64,000 nt of DNA from Camelus ferus (GCF_009834535.1 NC_045696.1:28026001-28090000); one strand, 5' to 3'; shown: positions 34,641-48,900, counted from the stretch's first letter. Notes: generated by a model not told the origin, from the sequence alone. Program-made: numbers and translations.

Positions 34641-37600
34641 TTATGTTCAACAACAGCCAGACGAAGACTGCAGCGAGGCAGCATAGTACACATCACTGGG
34701 TTTAGAACAGTCTACTTGTCTATTACACATAAAATGCCTGAGGTGAGAAGAAGGAGGTAGAAGAGACAGAGCACAAAGATGATTCCTATCATCTCAGGGT
34801 TATTTGTGGATCTCCTGAGGACAAACGTCATCTCTATATGATTAGAATTAATAACCTCTAGGTGACAACTGGCTTTACTCTTAACTTCCCAATTTAAAGC
34901 TTTATACATGTGGCCTCCATAGATAAACTCAGCCATTAATCTTTATCCTTTGACAAATGGCTACTTCTTGCCGGGAGGTTCAGTGACAAAGGTCAGAGGT
35001 CAAAATGTTCTATCTGAATATAGTCTGTGGACTATGTCATGCACTATTGTCATAAAATGACACTTCACCACAAGTAAAACTTACTTTTGCCACTTTGTTT
35101 TTCCTAAAATGACTCCCGTCTTTAACATGGCAAACATTCTATACACACATGTATGCATACACACAAAAAGAGTAAAATAAAAAAAATAGAAAAAGAAATA
35201 GCACAGCAGAAAACACAAATTTGAGGCTTAACTATAATTTTTTGTTTATATCATGTAAGTGTCTGCCAAAGGGTACTATAACATTCTCTATCTTGATATT
35301 CAAGTGGGATTCAGGTTGACATGTGTCCAAAAGAACAAATCTGAGACTAGATGAATGCTCTCCTGAGTTGAGGGATAATGTTGCATGAATATTGAGTTTA
35401 ATTCAATAGTACTAAGATGCACCAAAACAGTCATGCAATCAAAACAACAACATGCTTTTTGAACAGATTACTGAATTGGTTATCTTTAACTTGCCAAATT
35501 TATTTCTCATTGCTGTTTTTCAATGTAATATTGTAATTAAACACCCCCACCTTTACATTGACGTTTTCATACTAACATAAGGTGATAGCCATTGCAAAAA
35601 ACAGACCAAATGAAAAACAAACCTCCAGTGGGTTTTCCCCTCCCCATGTACCCCAAATAGTTTATTTTTATACAAATATCTGTCACATATTGGTGATAAG
35701 TGAAAGAGATTCTAACATGTTTGAAGAAATTCAGTTTAAAAATAACAAAGTTACGAAAGTGTTTGAGATTGTGTTCCCAGTATCCAATTAATTTCATCAG
35801 CATGTGGTATCTAGTGTTTCAGATACTTGCCCCTGGGAACACACCTATAGCTGAAGTGAATCACTGTACTTGACGTCAGAGTGAGATCACCTACAGACAA
35901 GAGCATCGTGCCTGGACGTTCCCTGTCCTCCTCTTCTCGCTATTGCTTATTTCATTCAGTTATATCTCATTTCTACTTGTAGCACAGAAACCTGATCTTG
36001 AAAGTATAAAATGAGTTAAATAAAATTGGCACCATGAAGTTTCACAAAAATGATGTAGATAATTAGATCTTGGTTTCAGAAGAAAAGAGATGAATGACAA
36101 CTATAAACAGAGTAATGTAATCAGAAATACCTCAAAAAGCAAGTCCATCCATCCATTTATGCCCACTGCCCTGCTTTGCTTCAGGGTTTATTGCTTATAC
36201 CTTTTTTTACTAGTAATTTATCCTTTCGGCATTGAAAGTTCATTTTTGGTGATAAGTGTGCTTATGCCAAGTGGACTTTTACTATCTTCATTCAAAAAAA
36301 AAAATAACTAGGCTTGTCATAGACTTTCTGTAAATAGGATGCAAATTTGAATAGAGGAGAAAAATGGTAGAAATCAGTTAAATCTGTTAAAATATCCAAT
36401 AAGAAAGAAATTATTTGTTGGCAGTTTAGAGCTTGATTATAAATCTTAAAAGATCCATTGTGAAAATAAAATCATTTTGTTCATGTTATGAAATTACTTA
36501 GATTTCATAAATTACACAGTGTATCAGGGAGCCAAATTTGGACAATTTTACATAAAAACATCTCATGTCAAAGTAAAATATATGAGTTAAGCTTATATTT
36601 CAATTTTTTGCAAAAAAGTAGAACTTAGTGATTTAGTAAAATTTATTATTTTTTGCTCAAACATTCAGATTTTTGTTATAAAGCACATAACAAATGGAAC
36701 TAGTTGTCTTGATATGACATTTTAAAAATTAAGATTTATTTAATGTAAATTTGTTCCACAATATAGAGCTTAGAAAATTAATACTGAATTTTGAAGTAAA
36801 AATTATACAGTGGACTGTCATTCTATATAGATAGATGTGAGAGAGAAAAAAAATGAAAAATGGATAAGTTTGCAAAGACTTCAATTCCACAGTAGACACA
36901 TTTCTTTAAATGGAAAATTGTTCTTATATATAACTAGAAAATTCAGGCTGAACAAACAGAAGGGATAAAGCAAAATTGAAAAAATTGTATTTTTTTTCCC
37001 CACAAGTTTTTGTGTGAAATAGCACACTTCTAGTAGAACTCCGAGGCTTCTGTGGTGAACAGGTTCTGCCAAATTTCCCTTTACCAGCTCAGTGTAGTTC
37101 ACCCCTGGTATAGCCCAGAGCATGTGGATTTCAGCAGAGAGCATGGTTCAGTGCACTGAAGGATACTGTACCTCTTTTAGGAGACAGTAATCATACGTCA
37201 TTCTGTGATCTACCGCTGTGTTCTGCTACTGGTTTCATAAATAAAGTTGAGAGGTCATTTCCACCATAAATTTCTTTTGGTCAGAAATTTTTCAGTCAAA
37301 AGAAAATATGTAATGGAGGACGGAAGGCCAAAGTCAAACACAAATTTACCACCAAGGTGATCTTTTATATATTTAGGGCTGGTCAACTTAATTGTGAAAA
37401 TGCGAAGATGGTATCAAAATTATTTCTGTTATAATTTGTAAATTTATAATATGTGCTTTCAGAAAGCATGTATTAAGATGCCTTGGTAAGAAAGTTTCTT
37501 TTTTCCCCCATCTTTGGTTGGATAGAAACATGCTGCTTTGTGCAAGAATTCAAATTCACTTAAAAATATTGCCAAAGAGTTGATAACATTGGTAAATTTA

Positions 37601-38119
37601 ATAAACCATCTGAATATTTCATACTTTTTAGTATCACAACTAAGGAAATTTATCAAGTGATATTAGTTCGTGTGTAGAAAATAATGCCTTGATAATATTT
37701 CTCATTGCATGCAGAGACAATGGGATAGAATTCTTTAGCCAGTAAGGTTTCCTTCAAGTTTTTCAACACATTTTTAGTAATGATGTAAAAGGAGTTGTCA
37801 AGTAAAATGCAAGCACATGCATTTGAATTCAAGTCTCTAAAAAGAATCATTGGGTGCATATGAAATTATTTATGCGTAATATTTTTATGTGAATGGTAAT
37901 CAAAACTAATTCCCACAGAAAACTGTTGAACTTTAAGCCTGGAGTTGGCGTCAACTACAAAAAGAAAAATTAACTGCTGGAAGGGACTGAAAAATTCTAT
38001 TTTCAGGTCCTAGAGTCCAGCCTATGAAGATACTGGTTTGGAATCACTGTTAATAGTAGAGAAGAGCATCACATATGTATCTTGTTCTCCACCACCAAGA
38101 TTGGGGAACATGGGATGCA

Positions 38120-38375
38120 CATACATGCAGTGGAATGAAGCACAGTATTGGTTATCAGAGAGAACTCCTTATGTTTTCCTATTCCACTTTTTTTTCATGG
38201 AGAATGATCTCATGATCTTGACAAATGACATACTCTTAGACTTCAGTTTCTTCAAGTGCAAAATTGAGAGGCTAATACCTAGTACACAGAGGAATTTTGA
38301 AAATTAAATACGAAAATGTATGTAAAATGCCTATCGGAACATGTGGTGAGCAAATAAATGCTAATAATAGCCATG
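38120..38375 (+). mobile_element. MIR
   Basis: gatcttgacaaatgac...cttcagtttcttcaagtgcaaaattgagaggctaatacctagtacacagaggaattttgaaaattaaat. Confidence 0.75.
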
Positions 38376-41300
38376 AAAATGATGACCTTAAAATTAACAT
38401 TTTGAGATTGAAGAAGTTACAAACCCACATCTGCTCAAGGCTGCTTCTTTCTTTAGGGATAAGTCTTAGAGAATAAATCTGGAAACTACTTTTTGTTAAA
38501 GACCATATCATGCAATGAATACGGCAGAAAAGGAAAGACCCTTCAAGATCAGACTGGACTCAGGAGAGTGAAAGCTGATTCTCTGCTCTGCTCAGCAGAT
38601 GTCATATCAGCAGAGAAGTCCTGAAAGGCTGGGTAAGCTGGTGGAAACTTTACATCCCCTTACAAACCAGCATAGAGCACTGCACGTTAGGATACACTCA
38701 TAATCAAACCACACCAGTTACAACAAATTTCCCATTGCTCGTAGGAAACATCACAGGGTAACTCTGATATGGAGACAACTTGGAATTCTTGCTGAAGTGG
38801 CAGGATTTCCTTCAAATCCTGCATAATGTTAGACTGAATAAATTGAGAAGACAGAAGACAAGACAGAAAATGTTCTCACAACAAAGAACTCTCATGGAAC
38901 TCTTTGACTCGAGCCCTTGTTTCCTGAGCCATTTAAGTAAACATGAATCCTTGGGTCTTTCCCTGAGTATTAAAAGTGTCTGAAGTCTATAGAGCTCTGT
39001 TTGGCTCTGAATTTACTCTTGACCAACAAAAAAACCTGAGTAACATTGAACAACAAAGGAAAATATTTTCCTTTTGCAAGTTAATCAGGAACAGCTTAAT
39101 CATGTTAGTTCATTCAGCTGAGATCATAACGTTGCCCACTCCAACTTAAGTCTAATTACACAGCATCATGCATCTCACAGTAGACCTCAACACCTATGCA
39201 TTTGGAGAAAAATATGCATGCAAATAAATAGGAAAGCAGAAGAAATTATAGTTTCCATTAGTTTTTAAGTTCAGCTTTATTTGTTTTACCAATGAAACTA
39301 ACCTAGTAAATATATTTGTCAGATCTGGATTTAATTGAATGTAAGAAAACAACACTATTTGGTTTAAACCAATTGACGATAATCTGCAAGCTCTGTAACA
39401 CAAACTATCATGAAAAAGGGTCTTTTTAATCTTGATATAATAAGTAATGACATTGGTGGCACAAAACCCTGGAGAGGATACTAAAGTTATATTTTGGACT
39501 GCAGTTGTTTTAGCATGGAGCATTTTAAAAGACTGGTGATATAAACTCAGTAATTTAGGAGTGTTTAAAGAAAATACAACAGTGATACACGTATCTTATA
39601 TGAAAATCGTTTTCCATTTTATCCATTCCAATTTAGTGGAAGCTAAAACACTCTATTTTTGTTGTCTATTCACATATGATAAATATTCATATTTTCTTCC
39701 TGGTATTAACTATTAACTTTGTCCAGTATTCTAAGTATTCCAGATAATATAGTCTTCTATTCTCTTTTTCTCATCACTAATTTGAAAAATCTGAATATTG
39801 AAAAAAATTAGCTGAACCCATATGCTACTTTCTGCAAACACAAGTGTCACTGAATAATATGTAGCTGGTACTCTTGCCACTTTAAAATATATTGACAGAG
39901 TGAAATGACCATTTTGGTCCTGCCTTGATTTTTAAATCTTTTCATTAAGTGCGTGAATTATTATAACTTCTTGAGAATCTAGGGCAAGTAATTTGTTGTA
40001 CTTCCTTCCAATGTGTTTCTTTCAGAATTTTTAAATTAAGAAATTAATCAAATATTTCTCCCTGGAAAAGTGTGATTTTTATCCATATCAGTCTACATAA
40101 ATATATTTTAAACATTAAGTGGCCCATGGCTTCTTTCACAGCTAATGAAAATGCTTTTGGTAAATGTAAGGTTTGATGCAGTGAACACAAGCCTGATTCT
40201 TTGTATCAGCAATCCTATTTCTCTTTATAGATGGGCTTTGGAAAGCAGATAAATACTGATGTTGGTGTTACTATTTTAAAAAGGAAACCATCAAGTTTAA
40301 AACTAAACATAAAAAATAAAATCTGTAAGTAATTTATGTACTAAAAATTAATGCAAAGATAAACCACTTTCTAGGGAAAATTGCTTGTCAATCAGCAAAG
40401 TAGATGCCAACTAGATAGACAGTACACTTACGTAGGGGCAAAGGAAAATGGATTTGAATGTCTTAATGGACCATTACAAAATCATCTCTCTCCTTATTCA
40501 AGTCTTCAAACAATTAGAAAGTGAAAAAGTTGGATTTGGCGATTATTGATGCCTGAACTTCAATTTCAGCCTTGACTAATCCATAAAGTTTTTCCCTCCT
40601 CTATTTTCTACATGAAAAAAAAGGAGACTGATTGAATACATTTTCCCTAATCTTAGCTCTCACCTTCTCTCTGTCTCATCTCTGGCTACATATGGGGCCC
40701 ATGAATCAACTTTAGGGCAATTTCTCAACCTCCTGAAATTGTATGCAAAGTTTTGTATGTTCATGCCTGTATGCTCTGATCTAGTTAAGTAGATAACTCA
40801 TGCCCAAGAGGCTAAATCCTACGTAGTTGAAATGACTTCCCATGTCACAGTGCAAAAGTAAACTCTATACAATCCTAAATAGGGAATTACTTTTTAAAGA
40901 AAATGGTTATGAGTATAGTATGTTACATTAATTTTGTTTTGTACTTTGAGTTTTAAAAGAAAACCCAGATGTAATCTCAGAAAAGGCATTTAGAATCTAC
41001 TTATAATTTTGTTATACTTTTATGTAATATATTTCACTCAACTCTCTGGGCAATATAACACACCAGGGGGTGATGGGTGAGCCACCTCCTTGGCCATCAC
41101 CTCTCTCAGAAGAGTGTAATATCATATTTTAAATTTGCCCTCGGTAGTTCTGTGTTTGGTGTTCCAGATTCTTCTCTTTCTTATTAACCAGGTTTAACCT
41201 CCAGTGCTGTCCTACACATGCACACATTTAGTTATTTTGAAAGAAAAAATGCACTTTGGGTCAATTGGGCACTTTTTTGGTGAAAGTTTTAATCAGATAG

Positions 41301-41963
41301 TTTATTTCATTTGGACTATTTGTTTAACCAGGCCCCAAATACTCTTTAAATATGTTGATTTATTTGCTAACAATTTTTTAAATGTATACTCTCTCAAATT
41401 AATAAAACTAATGCTGAGTCAAAAGCATTTGTATTAAAACTAGGGACTAACATGAATTGAGAATGGTTTGACACTTAAGCCAGCAAACATTAAAGCACTA
41501 ATAGCCTTTTATATTTATGCTTACAAAGTAAGTGATTAAACCATTAAAATTCTTATAGGATAATAATTTAATTTATACTATAGTCTTCATTCATATTTTT
41601 CTTCTATTTAAAAATTATTATGTTTTCTATATACCCAGTGAATTCGAAGCTACTATCCAAATTCAAGTCATTTAAAATGTACATGTCTCCAACGTTTGCA
41701 ATATTTTGTCCAATGCTGAGCACGTTAATAAATCACCTACAATTAAAAGTGAAATATGTCAGTGCAATCAATGAAAGAACTGGTAAATATTAGTAAGACC
41801 AAACTAACTCACCAGAATGATCTCATGCAGATAGACACTTCCTGAAGCTTTGGTATCTCATGCATCTCTGAGGTAAACTGAAAGCTAAGGAAGCAGCCAA
41901 AAATGATGGCAAGCATCCACCTAAACTCATAACAGCATAATTAGATTTACTGTTAAATAGATG

Positions 41964-42138
41964 AGTACAAACAACAAGGTCCTAATGTATAGCACAGGGA
42001 ACTATATTCAATGCCTTGTAATAGCCTATTCTTGTGAAAAGGAATATATATGCATAACTGAATCTTTATGCTCTACACCAGAAATTAACGCAACATTGTA
42101 AACCGACTGTACTTCAATAAAAATAAGTAAAAATTAAC
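41964..42138 (+). mobile_element. Short L1 3'-end insertion with TSD
   Basis: aaacaacaaggtcctaatgtatagcacagggaactatattcaa...acattgtaaaccgactgtacttcaataaaa. TSD taaatagatg at 41954-41963 and 42139-42148. Confidence 0.88.
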
Positions 42139-42626
42139 TAAATAGATGGGCAATTCCCTACTACTCTAGGAAAATGAACTACTGAAATGTATGAGTGTGC
42201 GTAGGTGAGTGTGCCTGTGGGAGTGAAACTGATTGAAAATTACAGATTATAGGATTAGGATTATAATGAGCAAAAACTCTTTTCTGATTGCAGCTATTTT
42301 TACATCTGTGCTTATTCTCCCAAGAGAGAAAGGTTCCATTTTTCGATCAGAATCATGATGCTAACAAACAGTGGATTACTAGGAGCATTCACATCATCAA
42401 ATATTGATTGTCATCAAAAAAGCAAATGCTGAAACTGACTGACAAGTGAAGCATGATCAAGAGAATATGACTAAGAGAGACCAGAGCATTTGTATGTAAA
42501 ATTAAAGAAAAGTAAGGAAGAAATCTCACAAAACTAAACTAAAATATCATGAACAGTTAGGAAAATAAACAATTGTAAAACTGTGATTGTACAAAGACAA
42601 AACACATATAACATGTACCACACATT

Positions 42627-43021
42627 TTTTTTTAATTGTAGTATAGTCAGTTACAATGGGTCAATTTTTGGTGTACAGCACAGTGTCCCAGTCATGCATG
42701 TACATATATATATTTGTTTTCATATTCTTTTTCATTAAAGGTTATTACAAGATATTGAATATAGTTCCCTGTGCTATACAAAAGAAATTTGTTTTTTCAA
42801 TCTATTTTTGTATATAGTGGCTAACATTTGCAAATCTCAAACTCTCCTATTTATCCTTTCCCACCTCCTTTCCCACGATAACCATAAGAGTGTTTACCAT
42901 GTCTGCGGGTCTCTTTCTGGTTTTGTAGATGAGCTCATTAGTGTCCTCTTTTTTGTTTTTTCACATTCCACATATGAGAGATACCATATGGTATTTTTCT
43001 TTCTCTTCTGGCTTACTTCAT
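42627..43021 (-). mobile_element. Camelid-type L1 3' end with TSD
   Basis: ttaattgtagtatagtcagttacaatg...attccacatatgagagataccatatggtatttttctttctcttctggcttacttca. TSD cacacatt at 42619-42626 and 43022-43029. Confidence 0.9.
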
Positions 43022-44443
43022 CACACATTGTTTTTGATTAAAAAACTATGACTACAGGATAATAATAAAATAACTATAGTCAGAATCAACCCTGTTTTAT
43101 ATTAGTTTATAATATTCCTTAGTACAAATTATTAGTACTAGTTTGTGCCTTATATTTAAAATTACACTAGTGATTATCTTTAATTCACACTACCCTTTGA
43201 AAATATAATAAAACGATTCATCTTTAGAATAATTTGAATCAAAGGAAATTTTAGGTTTGATTACTACAGTGCAAAACCCATAATGAGTTACTTCTATGGC
43301 CTTGAATAGAACTCAGTGATAACAATCAGTAGTTTTCCTAGCTATAAATTAAAGAAAATTATAATAGTGCTGAAATAAAATCATTCAAGCAGAGTCGCTG
43401 CATGAACAATACCACAGCTGAGGAGTAATGCCACATGTACATTATTGTTATGTCTGCAGTGCTGGGTGATAACGATTTTGACTGTAATTCATGGTGTGTT
43501 TTAGGTTGTAGAAGCAATAAAATATTGATCATCAACATGTCCAGCCATTATTCAGAAGATTAGATCAATTTATGAGAAGCAATAACTTGTAAACGAGTGA
43601 CCTTCCAAAGACCAAAAGTAATTCCCTGGTAAAACCACTGCAAGTCTAGCACTCTTCAACCTAAGTTACTAAAAGCCAGATATTGGAATAAAATGATAAA
43701 ATATACTTTTGAGCTCAAATCATAGGTAAGTTATTTGGGAACCATTACTCTGTAAATATAACATTAAACATGTTTTCAGTCTTTGATAGCATGTGTAGAA
43801 AGTTAAATGTTTATAGAATTTTTTTTAAAGATAGACCCCTTTTTAAGCTCAAGGCAGAAAATAAAGCCAACAAAGTCAAATTTTTATACACTACTTAGTG
43901 TGATTCAGATTCAAACAGTAAATTTATAAAAGGAAACTGTTTTCTAAAATATGAAAATAAATGTAACAGTTGATTTAGAAAATATATTACTATTACTTTA
44001 TTAATGAAAATAGAAAGAATGGCAGTTAGTTTCAGAAAATAAAGTGATGTAAATGCTCCCCACATGTTTTGACTTACTAAAAATTTCAGCTTAAATTGGT
44101 TCATTACACAGTAGACTATTTCAAATCATAATTAATACACATGCCTATGTGATACATGCTCAATTATTAGCACTCAGTGGAAGAGCATTCTATTTAACTT
44201 ATTTCCAGCAACAACACTATGATATATGAAGACAAACAATTTGTTGAATGTTCTGGATAATTATAGAAAGTATTTTTGTATGCTTTCCAAATTTAATAAA
44301 ATTTTCTGAGCCTTTTGTTACCAGAGATTAAATGGCTCAATATAAGTTTACAGATTAAGAAAAAAAATAGATGGAATTGAAGAAAACTATTTTAACATGT
44401 AAATAAAATTATAAAATAAAACATGCCACCCATTTTAAAGTCA

Positions 44444-44900
44444 TACTACTCAGCCATAAAAACCGACAACATAATGCCATTTGCAGCAACATGGATGCTC
44501 CTGGAGAATGTCATTCTAAGTGAAGTAAGCCAGAAAGAGAAAGAAAAATACCATATGAGATCGCTCATATGTGGAATCTAAAAAACAAAAACAAAAACAA
44601 ACAAACAAACAAAAACAAAGCGTAAATAAAGGACAGAAATAGACTCACAGACAGAGAATACAGACTTGTGGTTACCAGCGGGGTGGAGGGTGGGAAGGGA
44701 TAGACTGGGATTTCAAAATTGTAGAATAGACTACACTGTATAGCACAGGGAAATATACACAAAATGTTATGATAACTCACAGAGAAAAAAATGTGACAAT
44801 GAGTGTGTATATGTCCATGAATAACTGAAAAATTATGCTGAACACTGGAATTTGACACAACATTGTAAAATGATTATAAATCAATAAAGAATGTTAAAAA
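44444..44900 (+). mobile_element. Young camelid L1 3' end including the ORF2 C-terminus
   Basis: 44444-44581 translates without interruption as YYSAIKTDNIMPFAATWMLLENVILSEVSQKEKEKYHMRSLICGI*, the L1 ORF2p C-terminus. It is followed by 3'UTR and AATAAA. Confidence 0.92.
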
Positions 44901-45000
44901 GAAAGAAAATGATTTATAGAAACAGCCAAATAGCATATATTGAACATTAAAAATCTTTTTTAGAAATAATGCAATACCTCAAAAAGACTAAAGAGGAATA

Positions 45001-45200
45001 AATAGGGCATTAATGAGCTCAGCTACAAAACAGAAACAGACTCACAGACATTGTAAACAATCTTATGGTTACTGAGGGGAAAGGGGGTGTAACTTATAAT
45101 GAAAAATGTATGAAAACGGATATACGTATGTGTATGTATGACTGAAACATTACTCTGCTCACCAGAAACTGACACATTGTAACTGAGTATACTTCAACAA
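45001..45200 (+). mobile_element. L1 3'UTR insertion with an internal deletion and an imperfect 20-bp TSD
   Basis: acaaaacagaaacagactcacagac...atggttactgaggggaaagg...acacattgtaactgagtatacttcaa. Flanks are aaaaagactaaagaggaata (44981-45000) and aaaaagactaactatgaata (45201-45220). Confidence 0.85.
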
Positions 45201-45904
45201 AAAAAGACTAACTATGAATATTCAATAAAAAATCATTTTATGTGTCAGTATATGTATTTATAACACACTCATAATACAACCCTTTTCTGATTAGACGAAA
45301 TACCTATAATTTTAAATATTGAACTAAATGCACGACATATAATTCTAGAAATTTTAAGTTACTGCTGCTTGTTGTATATAGTAACATTGCTATGGTTGGA
45401 TTTAAAAGAAGACTAAGAAAATATATGATTAGGTAATGAAAATTATATGTAATGAAAATTTATTATCTACTTATAAAATTTTAGCTGAAACTATGCTATC
45501 TTTTTTATTGAAGGTAAGTTATGACATGGTATCAAAAGGGAAAGAATAGCTTTGTGATATGATAAAATGCAACCCTAAATTAATCATAAAGTATTTTATG
45601 ACATGCATATTTTATAGTCTCAATTATAATACCCATTGTCAAGCTAAAGAAGAAGTAATAAAACAAAAGAGTAAAAGTTAGTCATACAAAAGTAGGTTTC
45701 TAAGCCAGAAAAATACAAATCAAGAGAATTCAGTTAAAAACTTGAAACGTGACTTTTTTTTCCTGGCAGAAAAGAGACGGATTTAGTCCAGGGAGTCATT
45801 CACCTTTCAACTTTTCTAATATACTGTGTAGACCATGTCCTATCCAATCCACAATTACGTACATCAAACAGGATAGGGAAGATCCTGCGTTACATCTAGG
45901 GAGA

Positions 45905-46100
45905 TGGCAGTGTGGGCTGGCATGGGGTGGGCAATAGTATCGCGGATTCAGGAGTCAGACGACCCAAGGTGGGTTTAAATCCTGGCTCTGCCAATTGTTA
46001 AAATGGAATTAATTCTCTTTCACAGAGACCTTTCAAAAATTAAATGAAATCAGTACAAAGAAGAGCAAATAGTGAGTGCTCAGTGAACAGTGCCCATGGA
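45905..46100 (+). mobile_element. MIR
   Basis: ggattcaggagtcagac...gggtttaaatcctggctctgcca...atagtgagtgctcagtgaac. Confidence 0.75.
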
Positions 46101-48669
46101 TGATAAATGTATTATTTGTTAATCAGAAATTAAAGACACAGTAAACTAGATATATTGCAGATTTTAATGCTATTTATTATTAATTTGTTAAAGCTTGTTT
46201 ATAAAATGTATCCTCAATTGCCAATGGCTAAACATTGCAACAATGAAGATAAATTATTCATGCAAATATTTTCATGGAAAAATTCCAAAAAGCTGTCATT
46301 TAATTAAATTATAAACGTTAAATTATTGATAGTTTAAAGGAAAATGATAGATTATCAACAGATTCAATCAAATTTAGCTTTCAGTTTTTATTTCTAATGT
46401 TTTATTTCTGCAAACCCACCCAAATAATCTTAGTTACCTCATTAAAATTACCTTAAATCTCCAATAAATAATTTCCAAAATATCTCTTTTAATCAATCAA
46501 AAAATCCAAGATATAATAATTAAACACTTACTTTACAGCAAATTCTACTATATAAAGACCAGGTAAAGAGGAACACATCCAAATATGCTATGGAATTTGA
46601 CTTTTTTGGTTAACTTATAGTGAAGATATAAACGTAACATGATATATATAACGTTATATATAATGCAATATATATTGTATTATGCAGGGACACTAAGCAC
46701 AAAATGAGGACTATCCAGAGAGATCTGAGATGCATGGTTGCTTGTTTCCACTGTGTCCACAGATCTTTTGTACTAAAAGAAGTGCTAAAATAGAAGAAGT
46801 ACTAAAAAAAAATGTAAGCCTCTTTTTCTTTTTCTTTCTTCATTTTTTAGGGTGGTTACATTGTATCAGGTCTCATACATTCTATTGTCACATGACTTGG
46901 CTTCTGATGTAATATAATACATTTATATAAAATAATTATATTTGTGACTGTGTCAGACATTTCTAGGGTGAAGGTTTCATGATTTTAACATAACATTTTC
47001 TGTATTTAAACTGAACTGGTCAAACTGATTCCTTTGATTCTAACTTTCCAAATAATTCATGCATTTTGATACATTGTTTGTCCACGTTATTATCTGTTTT
47101 GTGCACTACACACTTTTTTCAGCCTTTATTGAAATTTGACAACTCTAGTATTTTAAATAACTGTTCTAATTATTAGTCATACTTTTACCTTAAGTTTCAC
47201 TTTTCTTTCTTTTTTAGTGGTTATTCAACTAAAACATACTATTAATTTATTATCTAATTCTTGTAACTAATAGTCATAAAAATTTAATTGTCAGTAGTAA
47301 TTCAACCAATCTAATTATTGTAGTCATCTTTACTTTTACTATTTTATTATTTACTTTTATCAGTCAGATTGCATATAAACATCAAAGATCCTCTAATACC
47401 ATGTTTTGTTCCTTTCTATTAATAATATTTTAGTTAAGACTGGTGGATCTGTGAATTTTATAACAATTAGACCACTTGGGTTTACTACACAATAAATTAA
47501 ACTAAAAAATGCCATTCTTGGTAAGTTATAGTTTATTTTCCAAGCATTAAAATTAAAGAGCATTATGATATACCATAAAAAGTGAATCACATTTATGTGA
47601 ATAATTGAACTCCTCCAAAAGTCACAACGACTCAGCACAAACATAAACAGGTATAAACGGAAGAACAGATACAATAAAACTAAAAATACACCTCCTGCCA
47701 GACAGCAACTGACTCACGTTTTCCTTGGCTAGTTCTAGTCAACGTTTCAAAGTTTCATTAAGTGCTTCCCTAATGTCTTTAGACTAGCAGTTTTCAAATA
47801 TTTTCTGCAATTAGTATATATTTTATGTCTTTGTGTGTTTCTTAAAAGAGGAAATGCAAAGAAATACAAATACAAGTGGTATATGTCTATGGTTTTCTTG
47901 CTGTAAAATACTTCACAAAATAAGAAAATACTACAAAATTATGAAATTTCTTCTATCACCAAGACACTTAAGAAAATAAATGTTAACTTGTGGGCATCCT
48001 TCTGTTTGTTTCATGGCATGCTTTCAAAAACTAGAAATTTGGGTGACATATTACAACTTTATAATATTCATCATGCTAAAACAATCTAGTAATAATTATA
48101 ACAAAATCAACACTCTAGTCTAAAAATATGTCAGAGCATCAATAAAAACATTCACAATTGTAATGTTTTCCTTGTTTGCCCTGAAGCATTATTTTACTGT
48201 TTCGGTAAAACTGTCTCATAGTTATGACTTAACATTCATATATTTATGTATTCTGTTAAATTTTCATTCTTTTCTTTGATTTTTGTCGTAATGAAATTAT
48301 GTCACATTTGTTTGTCACAGCAAGTTATAACTTCTTCACACTGGTTAATATTTTCTACTCGCTAAATACTGTATCTGAAATTACACACTGAATAGTCCTT
48401 TGGGTTGAAGGCATGGCATAAGATTCAGTACTCTGAAAAAGTAATTAATTATTCTCGCATACCTTATCCACATTAAAATCCATCTCTTTTAGGCCACGTT
48501 GTTTTCTAATTCCTCCATGTACCTGGAGTTCTCTTTTCCAAAAACTCTCTTGGTTTCAGTCATTGACATCACCACCTGTGCTCAAAACTACCTGATAAAC
48601 TTTCACTGAATCTATATCATCTGTCCCCTTCATATTCTGAAAACTCACTAGTAATATATGTTTTTCAAA

Positions 48670-48900
48670 TGGCTGCTAATATTTACTGAGTGCCGTCCAT
48701 GGATGAGGTATTATATGAATATTTTAGTCTCCATGTAATCTTCACAGCCACAACCATGAGTTAATTATTGTATCCTTTTAAAAATGAATAAAACAAGTAA
48801 ACAAACCAAAAACCATTCTGCAAGTTCCCCAAGTTCACGTATTTCATACAAATCCAAGTAAGTTTGACACTAAAGCCAAAGCTTTTGATTAATATCACTC
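48670..48900 (-). mobile_element. MIR
   Basis: gctaatatttactgagtgcc...gtaatcttcacagccacaaccatgagttaattattgtatcc. Confidence 0.65.

Noticed and set aside
37147..37160. 14-bp palindrome ttcagtgcactgaa
   Set aside because: It is isolated, and a few such palindromes are expected by chance in 64 kb.
46643..46662. 20-bp palindrome tatatataacgttatatata
   Set aside because: It is mostly (TA)n low complexity, which is self-complementary by nature.
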